The notes under the pieces are model-generated. The model worked only from the letters and a program-made list of their open reading frames with translations. It was not told where the DNA came from and did no database searches. Below, one piece after another: positions 51,901-61,500 of a stretch of 64,000 nt of DNA. Source of the stretch: Anaeramoeba ignava BMAN (lineage: Eukaryota; Protista; Anaeramoebae); assembly GCA_028826165.1 (NCBI GenBank), contig JAPDFW010000071.1, positions 310,001-374,000 of the forward strand, given 5' to 3'. Positions within the stretch are counted from its first letter, which is position 1. Each line of letters begins with the position of its first letter. Made by a program: the position numbers and the translations under genes.

Positions 51901-54325
51901 TTTCGGTTTTTTTGGTTTTTTCGGTTTTTCTTTTATTGTTTCTTTGCTTTGATTTTCAACCGCATTTGGTTTTGGATTCAATTGCGGTTTTTGACCGCTC
52001 ATTTGCATTTTTAATGAATTTACAAATAAATTTCCTTGAGAAATATTTGATTTATTATGTGTTGGTAATCTTCTTGGTTTTTTAGAAGGTCGAGCAACTT
52101 TTTTAACAGGTATTAATCGATCATTTTTACTTGATATCTTCTCAATTTCTTGTGTGTTTTTTTTGGATGTTTGTCTTTTGGGTCTTCTAATAGGAACTTT
52201 TTTTTGTGTTTGTTTTTCTTGCTCAATTTTCTCTTGTGCTTCTTTATTTTTGACTGCTTGATTTTGAATTGCCTGATTTAATGATTGTTGGAAATTTAAT
52301 GGCATTCCTGTATTTTTCATAGGTTTGGGTATTTTGTTTTGATTATCTGTTTGTCCAAAACTTGGTTTGTTTGGTTGATTTTGTGGACTTATTTTCGGTT
52401 GAAAAGGTTTTGGTGGTTTTATATTTGGTTTGTTTGGTTTTTGTTCATTTTGTTGTGGTTTGATTTGAGGATTTTCAGTTGGTTTTGGTGGTTTAAATTT
52501 TGGTAATTTTGGTAATTTTTGATTTTGATTTTGAATTGGATTTTGATTTCCAATATTTGATGATAATTGGTTTGGTGATTTTGGTTTTTGGATATTTGGT
52601 AATTCATTTGGTGATTTTGGTTTTTGAATATTTGGTAATTCATTTGGTGATTTTGGTATTTGTGGTTTTTGTGGTTTAAATTTTGGTAAATTTTGATTTT
52701 GATTTTGAATTGGATTTTGATTTCCAATATTAGGTGATAATTGATTTGGTGATTTTGGTTTTGGCGATAAATCAGGTGGTTTTGTTTCAATTGGAGAAAT
52801 ATTTCCTTTCATTTGTGTATATGGAGATACTGGTCTTGGTGGTTTTTGGAATGTCTTATTTTCAGTTGGTTTTGGTGGTTTAAATTTTGGTAAATCTGGT
52901 AATTTTTGATTTTGATTTTGAATTGGATTTGGAATTGGATTTTGGATTGGATTTTGAATTGGATTTTGAATTTGATTTTGATTTTGATTTTGAATTGGAT
53001 TTTGATTTTGATTTTGATTTTGATTTTGAATTGGATTTTGATTTTGATTTGGATTTTGATTTTGATTTTGAATTGGATTTGGATTGGATTTTGATTTTGA
53101 TTTTGATTTTGAATTGGTGATTTTGGTTTTGGTGATAAATCAGGTGATTTTGTTTCAATTGGAGAAATATTTCCTTTCATTTGTGTATATGGAGATACTG
53201 GTCTTGTTGGTTTTTGAAATGTCTTATTTTCAGTTGGTTTTGGTGGTTTAAATTTTGGTAAATCTGGTAATTTTTGATTTTGAATTGGATTTTGATTTTG
53301 TAATGTTGGTGATTGTGGTTTTGATGGCTTATTAAATGTTATTGGTGGCGTTCCTGTTGGTTTTGGTGGTGGTTTTGGTGCTTCTATTTCTTTTGTTTCA
53401 TTTTCAGGTTGTGAAATTGTTGAAGTATTATCAATTGGTTTTTGTGGTGATCTTGGTGGTGAATCAAATGTTCGAGTTTGATTTGGTGGTTTAGGTGGTT
53501 TGAATTTTGGAACACGAGGCATTTGGGGTTTTTTTTCTTTTTCATTTTTTGAGATGATTTTAATAATTTAAATAATTTAAATAATTTTAATAATTTTAAT
53601 AATTTTAATAATTTTAATAATTTTAATAATATAATTTTAATAATTTAAATAATTTAAATAATTTTAATAATTTAAATAATTTTAATAATTTTAATAATTT
53701 AAATAATTTAAATAATTTTAATAATTTAAATAATTTTAATAATTTAAATAATTTTAATAATTTTAATAATTTAAATAATTTTAATAATTTAAATAATTTT
53801 AATAATTTAAATAATTTTAATAATTTTAATTATTTAAATAATTTTAATAATTTTAATTATTTATATAATTTTAATAATTTTAATTATTTTAATTTATATA
53901 ATAATTTTAATAATTTATATAATTTTAATAATTTTAATAATTTAAATAATTTTAATAATTTTAATAATTTAAATAATTTTAATAATTTATAATCAGTAAT
54001 TTAATTTACCAATTTCTTCATTTTTTTGATTTGTGTTAATATTTGTTTCTGTTAAATTTTGGTCAACATTCCCACCATTTTTTTCGTTACTAGAATTAGG
54101 GGAATGAGGTTCATTTTGAAAAGAATCAATTTGTTTTTGATTTTGAGGAAGATCCTTTCGATTTAAATTTTCAAGTATTTTTGGAACTGCACTTTTTTTT
54201 CTTGGCATAGGTCTTTTGTGTCCGAGTTTTGCAAATATATCTTGCTTTTCATTATTTGTATTTTTTTCTTTTTCGTCATCCTGTTTTTTTTGGTTTCTTA
54301 ACCATGGAGGAGTATAATTTTGCAT
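48987..54325 (-). CDS. Pro-rich adaptor: 2x RA/FERM-N ubiquitin-like, PH, 2x calponin-homology (actin-binding) domains; exons 54325-54010, 53536-51016, 50582-50269, 49788-48987
   Basis: RIVRVFYEDGTFHTI and IIKIYFEDGSYKTLKI..TTCRQAV..FALFE (RA/FERM-N); TGFILK...WKKAYL...EEVDSWFR (PH); QKSTFIKWINYHL..LEKDLSDGVVL and LLQWVQ..VENFDTSFQNG..PELIDP..PDERSLMTY (CH1/CH2). One frameshift lies in the QN repeat near 53085. Confidence 0.8.
53560..53990. repeat. Intronic 9-nt tandem repeat (AATAATTTT / AATAATTTA)
   Basis: Directly visible in intron 53537-54009. Confidence 0.85.
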
Positions 54326-54479
54326 TTTTTTTTTTTGCTTATTATTTATTTAATAAAAAAAATTTTAAAAAAAAAAAGGAGAAAAATGAAAAAAAAATTT
54401 GTTTTTAAAATAAAAATAAAAATAAAATTTTTAACTTCTTTATTTCCATTTTAATCAATTTTAGTAATCAAATTAATTT

Positions 54480-55770
54480 AAAATTTAATTCAATTTAATT
54501 CAATATTTAATTCAATATTCAATTTAAATCAATTCAATATTTAATTCAATATTTAATTCAATTCAATATTTAATTCAATATTTAATTCAATATTCAATTC
54601 AATTCAATATTTAATATTTAATTCAATTTAATATTTAATTCAATTTAATATTTAATTCAATTCAATTCAATTCAATTTAATTCAATTTAATTCAAATTCA
54701 ATTCAATATTTAATTCAATTCAATATTTAATAATTCAATTCAATATTTAATTCAATATTTAATTTAATTTATTATTTAATCCAAAATCAATTCAAATATT
54801 CAATTCAATTTTAATATTTAATTTAATTCAATATTTAATTCAATTCAATATTTAATTTATTCAATTTAATATTTAATTCATTCAATTCAATATTTATTTA
54901 AATATTTAATTTAATTCAATTCAATTCAATTCATTCCAATATTTAATTTAATATTTAATTCAATATTTAATTCAATATTTAATTCAATATTTAATTTAAT
55001 TTTAATTCAATATTTAATTCAATATTTAATTTAATTCAATATTTAATTCAATATTTAATTTTATTTAATTCAATATTTAATTCATATTTAATGAATTCAA
55101 TATTTAATCCAAATCAATTCAATATTTAATCCAAATTTAATTCAAATTTCAATATTTAATATTTCCATTCAATTCAATTCAATATTTAATTTAATATTTA
55201 ATTCAATATTTAATTCAATTCAATATTTTATATTTATTCAATATTTAATTCAATATTTAATATTTATATTCAATTTAATTCAATATTTAATTCAATTCAA
55301 TTTAATTTCAATTTAATTTAATTCAATTCAATATTTAATTTCAATTCAATATTTAATTTAATATTTATTTTAATTCAATATTCAATTCAATTCAATTCCA
55401 ATATTTAATTTCAATATTTAATTCAATTTAATAATATTTTAATTTAATTCAATATTTAATTCAATTCAATTCAATATTTAATTCAATATTTAATTCAATT
55501 TAATACAATATTTAATCCAAATCAATTCAATTTAATATTTAATTCAATATTCAATTCAATTCAATATTTAATCCAAATCAATTCAATTTAATATTCAATT
55601 CAATTCAATTCAATATTCAATTTAATTCAATATTTAATTTAATTCAATATTCAATATTTAATTCAATATTTAATTCAATATTTAATTCAAATTCAATATT
55701 TAATTCAATATTTAATTTAATTCAATATTCAATATTTAATTCAATTTAATTCAATTTAATATTTAATATT
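54480..55770. repeat. Intergenic AT-rich satellite (TTCAATATTTAA / AATTC units)
   Basis: About 1.3 kb degenerate tandem array. Confidence 0.85.
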
Positions 55771-55774
55771 CAAA

Positions 55775-58048
55775 TCAATTCAATTTAAATTGGAATTGTC
55801 TTTTCTCGATTTCAGATTTTTCATCAATAAAATCTAATAACTCAATAATTTGAAATTGTTCAGCTTTTGATTTCAATTCAGAAAGAAGTTGTTCATTTGA
55901 AATGAACCTAATAAAAACATTCTTTATTTTTGAGACACATTGCTCCATAATACGAGTTTGACTTGAAAGACCATAATACTCAGAAGCATCAAGTAAATCA
56001 ATCAAAACATAAGGATCTTTTGATTGAATTTCATCAGTATAAATAAAACGAATCAATTCATAAACTGCTTGATAGCTTCTTCCACTTAAATCAGGAGCTG
56101 ATTTCGCAGGATCATTAACACTGAAAAACATTCCTCGAAAAAGTTCACTTCTTGCAGCAAGAATATCTCGATGAACTTTAATTGTATATTTTTGATTTTG
56201 ATTTTGATTTTGATTTGGATTTTGATTTTGATTTTGATTTTGATTTTGACTTGAAACTACAATCTCAAAATTTCTCGTTTCGTCTTTTGTATTTTCAAAT
56301 AAATTCTTCATATTTTCACAAAATGAATCCTTATCATAAATCATTGTTGATTCAAGCATTTTCAAAATTGATTCATAATTTAATTGCTGAGAAAATTTCT
56401 TTAATTTCTCCATTTTTTTCTTGGACAATTTATGACGGAATAATGTTCCTGTATAAACAAACTGAAGAAATACTTGAATCACAATTGGATCAATTGGTTC
56501 TTCTTTGCATAAATGGAGAAACTTTTGTGAGCGCTCAGAACCGAGTCTTTCTTGCAAAATTGCGGAATTCAAATTGAATTTTGAAAAATGTTTTTCTTTT
56601 TGATTTTTTGGAAATGAAAAAGTGTCTAAAATTGATTCCGAAAAGGAATTTTTTTCTGATAACAACCATAAGAAATCTTGCACAAAAGTCCAATCATCAA
56701 AATAGACAAGTTTGAATTGATTATTCATTTTGAGGGATTCTTTTTTTGAAAGCAACGGACGAGGATATCCGTTGTTGAGTAAAATATACGCAGATTCAGG
56801 ACTGTTAAATAAAGAAGCGCACAATAAAAGACTTTTCTTTTTTTTATCCAAAGAAGATCCATGGAATTTCAAGTAAGAATCCAAATTGATTTTGGAAAGC
56901 AACACTTGCAGGCATTTTGGATGATTATGTTCAATAGCGAGATAAAGAGGGGTTTTTTTGAAGTAATTATCAGGAAACGCGAGATCGAGTCCGCGCTTTT
57001 CCCAGACATCCAAAAGATAAGCGAGACATTTATCACGACCGTTTTTTGCGGAGATGTGGATCGCAGTATAATCCAATTCTTGAACAGCAGTGACATCAGC
57101 TCCATAATTGATTAATTCCATCAAACAATCCAATTTTCCGTGTTTTGCAATTACGTGCAAAGGGGTCATTTCGGCAAAATCACGGGCGTGAATATTAGCG
57201 CCGTTTTCGGCAAGCAGCCTGATCTTCTCGACGCTCTGTGCAAGATGCAAAGGTGTTGAATCCTCGTTATCCTTCGCATTCACATTTGCTTTGTGGAAAA
57301 TAAGTAGTTTCATAAAAGAAATATCCCATTTGGGTTCTGAAGCTAAATGAATGGGGGTGTATTGATAAATATTTGTTGTGTTGATATCCGCTCCATATTT
57401 TATTAAAATTTCACAACATTCATAAAATCGACCCAAAACTGACAAATAAAAGGGGGTTCTTCCACCGACATTTTTCTCATCAAATAAGACCCCCCTTTTG
57501 AGTAATATTTGAAGACAAGAAAATCTTCCAAAAGAAGCTGCTTCATGAATTGGCGAATTAAGATAATTATCCTTCTTTGTAATGTCGCATCCTGAATTTA
57601 TCAGTTCTATTGCCTTCTCCTCGTTTCCTTTGATAATTTCCATATTCAAAACGGGGATATTTGCTTTTGAAGGCGAGTTTTTATCAAGAAGATATTTTTT
57701 GATTTCGTTCGAATTTGTAAATAATGCAAGATCTAAAGGTGCTTCTCCTTTTGAGTTGAGTATTGAGAAATCTGCTCCGTAATCCAGCAATAATTTCACA
57801 ACCTCAAGCGATCCGCATAAGCAAGCTGTGTGGAGTGCTGTGTTCCCCATCTTGTCCCGTAAATTTACGTTGTGCTTCTTTGTTTTTAATGCTGTTTCTA
57901 ATTTGTCCGCTTTGTTTCGGTAACTGTATAAATGTAAGATATTTCCGTTTCTTCCTTTTTTTGCTTGTGATATTATTCGTGGTACATTTGCTAAATGAAA
58001 TGATTCTGTTGTTCTTTCTGCTTCAACAAATGAATTATAAATATCCAT
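55775..58048 (-). CDS. Ankyrin-repeat (~11-12 repeats) + tandem BTB protein, intronless
   Basis: Start MDIYNSF at 58048. Repeats DKMGNTALHTAC, NSKGEAPLDLA, DNEDSTPLHLA, DFAEMTPLHVIA. BTB motif IKVHRDILAARSELFRGMF..LIRFIYTD. Confidence 0.92.
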   Translation of the reverse strand: MDIYNSFVEAERTTESFHLANVPRIISQAKKGRNGNILHLYSYRNKADKLETALKTKKHNVNLRDKMGNTALHTACLCGSLEVVKLLLDYGADFSILNSKGEAPLDLALFTNSNEIKKYLLDKNSPSKANIPVLNMEIIKGNEEKAIELINSGCDITKKDNYLNSPIHEAASFGRFSCLQILLKRGVLFDEKNVGGRTPFYLSVLGRFYECCEILIKYGADINTTNIYQYTPIHLASEPKWDISFMKLLIFHKANVNAKDNEDSTPLHLAQSVEKIRLLAENGANIHARDFAEMTPLHVIAKHGKLDCLMELINYGADVTAVQELDYTAIHISAKNGRDKCLAYLLDVWEKRGLDLAFPDNYFKKTPLYLAIEHNHPKCLQVLLSKINLDSYLKFHGSSLDKKKKSLLLCASLFNSPESAYILLNNGYPRPLLSKKESLKMNNQFKLVYFDDWTFVQDFLWLLSEKNSFSESILDTFSFPKNQKEKHFSKFNLNSAILQERLGSERSQKFLHLCKEEPIDPIVIQVFLQFVYTGTLFRHKLSKKKMEKLKKFSQQLNYESILKMLESTMIYDKDSFCENMKNLFENTKDETRNFEIVVSSQNQNQNQNQNPNQNQNQNQKYTIKVHRDILAARSELFRGMFFSVNDPAKSAPDLSGRSYQAVYELIRFIYTDEIQSKDPYVLIDLLDASEYYGLSSQTRIMEQCVSKIKNVFIRFISNEQLLSELKSKAEQFQIIELLDFIDEKSEIEKRQFQFKLN

Positions 58049-58512
58049 TTTTCTTTTTTTTGAAATGAAAAAAAATGAAAAATGAAAAAAAATGAAAAAA
58101 AATTTTTCTTTTGTTTTTTTTTTTAAATTTTGATTGATTTCAAAAAAAAAAAAAAACAAAAATTCCAAAAAAAAAAAGTGGAACAAAAAAAAAAAGTAAA
58201 AAAAGTAAAAAGTAAAAAAAAGTCAAAAAAGTAAAAAAAAGTAAAAAAGTTGTTTAAAAGAAAATCTGTTTAAAAGAAAATGTTTGAATTCATTTTTTCA
58301 AGTTTTAAATTTGTTTGAATTTGTTTAAATTGTTTAAATTTGTTTAAAATTGTTTTTCAGTTTTAAATTTGTTTTTTCAGTTTTTAAATTTGTTTTTTAA
58401 ATTTGTTTAAATTTGTTTAAATTTGTTTTTTCAAGTTTTTAAATTTGTTTTTTCAGTTTTTAATTTGTTTAAATTTGTTTTTCAAGTTTTTAAATTTGTT
58501 TTTTAAATTTGT

Positions 58513-61500
58513 TTAAATTTTTATATCCTTCAACAATTTGAAAACTTCTTTAATAGTGGGTCTTTTTTCAGGATCCTTTTGAAAACATTCAGAAATAACA
58601 TGATTCAAAAACCCATTTTCAGGAAGAGGAGGCCTGTCGTTATGAATAACAACTTTCAAAGTGACTTGAGCAACAGTAAAACCTTCAAAAGGTGTTTCTC
58701 TGGATTGAATTTCCCAGAGAATCATACCCAAGGCATATATATCAGCAGGAAAAGAGTACTTTTCGCCTGACATTACTTCAGGCGCCATCCAATTAACAGT
58801 TCCGACAAATGTATTGAGTTGATTTCGAGTTGAATCGATAGTTTTTGACAACCCAAAATCGGTGATTTTTGCATTTTCATTTTTGTCAAGAAGAATATTT
58901 GGAGATTTCAAGTCTCTATGAATGATATTATTGGCATGAAGATACATCACACCTTTTGTAATATCCAAAGAAAACGCCAGTTTTTTCTCGTCAGAAATGG
59001 GAGTCTCAGAATGTAAATAGGAATATAAACTTCCTCCCGAGCAATATTCCATCACAAGTGCCATATTGGGTTCAGTTGTGCAAGACCCGATAAACTGTAC
59101 AATATTTGGATGGCTTAATTTGCTCAACATATTCAATTCGTTATTAAAATCATCAATTTCTTCCTTGCTCATCTGTGGTCCTGTGAGAAGCTTCAGCACA
59201 GCCACATCCAATCCTAGCCATGTTCCATGCCAAACCTCCTTAAAACTTCCCTTTGCGACATAGTTTAAAATCTCGATATCTTCATACACTATTTTTTTCT
59301 CTCCTAATTGCTTGTCTTCTACTTGATTTCCCTTCTCTTTTTCGTTGTCTGATGATTCTGGTTCTAAATCAGAATCAAATTCTAAATCATCTGATTCATT
59401 GCTTTTTTTGTTCTCATTCTCTTTTTGTTCCCGAAAACTATTTTTTAGCTTTTCAAATTCTTCGTCCCTTTGTCGTAATTTCTCAAGCTGTGCTTTAAGT
59501 CGCTGATCTTTGATCTGAAGTTGTCTTTGAAGCTCTTTTAATTGATGCTCTTGTTGTCGTGCTTTGTATTCTGTTTGCTTCAATGATTTGATTTGATTCT
59601 GCATTGCCATCTCTTTTTCTTTTGGAAAATCATCAAAAAATTTTTGCACTTCCTTTGTTGCAAAATCGTATGGCATTTTTCTCTATATTTTCATTTCATT
59701 TCATTTATAAAAATTTTATTACTCTTTAATTATTCAAAAAAAAACAACAACTATTTTTCTGAAATTGAAAATGTTTTAATTTTACATCCTTTAAAAAATT
59801 TTCCAAGAATAATAATATAAATTTAATTTAATTTAATTTAATTTAATTTAATTTAATTTAATTTAATTATATTTAATAATTTTTTTGTTGTTTTTAATAA
59901 TTTTTTTGTTGTTTTTAATCCCTTTATTCTAAAAAATTCCCCAATAATAAAATAAATACATTTTTACAATACATATAAGCTCCAGAATCTAAAAGCAATT
60001 TGATAGTTTCAATCGATAATTTAAAACGACATGCATAATGTAGAGGTGTATTTCCCTTTATATTGATTTAATAAAACAAATTTTTTTTTACTTTCACTTT
60101 TTTTTTTCTAAAAAGAAATAAAATAATATCAATATTTACATTCTATTTATCAAAATAATCAACATAAACACCAAAATTAATTTTTAAATTAATTTATAAA
60201 TCAAAATTAAATTAATTTTACCAACTAAATAATTGATTAATAAAAATTTTCATTTCCCCAAAAAAAAAAATTTGTTTCTTCTTTTTGTGTTTTTTTTTCA
60301 ATTAATAAAATACATCAATAGCTTGAATATTTGCTTTATTTTCTATTAATAATTTAATAATTTCATGATCTGCTCGAGCAATACATGCAGCGTGTAATGG
60401 AGTCAATTGCTATTTTATAATTTTATAATTTTATAATTTTTAATTTTATAATTATTTTTAATTTTATAATAGTTTTTTCTTACATACTAATAAAAATTTA
60501 ATAATCATTTTAATATAAAAAATTTTTCTTTTCAAAAAATGGATAAAATAAAATCAATTACAATCTAAATTAAATTTAGAACAGAAAAATAAATATCAGC
60601 TATAAAAATTTAATTCATATTTTTATTATTACATCTTTTGCTTCTATAAATGCACCTGCTTTTAAAATTTCTTCAATAACATCTGAATTTGTTTGATATT
60701 TGACAGCAAAATGAAGAATAGAATTATTCTACTCATAAAAAATAAAACAGAAAGAAATATTCATATAAAAAATTTTTCTTTTCAAAAAATGGATAAAATA
60801 AAATAAAATAAAATCAATTACAATCTATAATGATTTACAGTAAAAAAAATGAATCAAAATTTCAAATTTTAATTTAATTACTTTCTGTTTTTTTTTTTTA
60901 AAAAGTATAAATATTTTTTTTCTGTTTTTTTTTTTAATTTATAAATCAAACATCAATAGCTTTCAAATCTGGATTTTTGGAAAGGATTAATTTAATAACA
61001 TCTAAAGTAATTGATTTCTTGAATAAAATATGTAACGCAGTTTCTCCCTTTGTTTGTTTTATATATTTTATATTATAAAAAAATCAACATCAATTACTTT
61101 TTATTTCTCAATAAAATAAATAATACAATCTAGAAAAGAAAATAAATTGAATTTATTAATGATAAAAAAAAATTTATAATCATTACTTCCTATAATAATA
61201 AAAAAATAAAAAAATAAAAATAAAAATAAAAATAAAAATAAAAATAAAAATAAAAATAAAATGAAATTATTACAGTTTTGTTATTCACATCTGCTCCAGA
61301 ATCTAAAAAAATTTGAATTAAAGGAATTTTTGGATCATTGGTACAAACCAAATGGAAAGCAGAATACCCTTTCTAATATTTTTTTTTCTTTTATTAATAT
61401 TCTAAATTCTTATTAAAACAAAATGGATCAAAATTACATCCTAAAAAAAAAAGAAAAATTTTTTTATTATTATCAAACAAAACAATTTTTCTTTTGTAAT

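Noticed and set aside
20393-53158. Numerous (IL)n, (DF)n, (KI)n, (NF)n, (SK)n and F-rich short ORFs
   Set aside because: Stop-free translations of hexamer repeats, or antisense to QN/EK tracts.
59721-59752. Possible 2-nt and 1-nt exons (AG-TT-GT at 59749-50, AG-A-GT at 59723) supplying the missing codon
   Set aside because: They would need introns of 35, 25 and 40 nt, well below the ~57-nt minimum seen elsewhere in the window.
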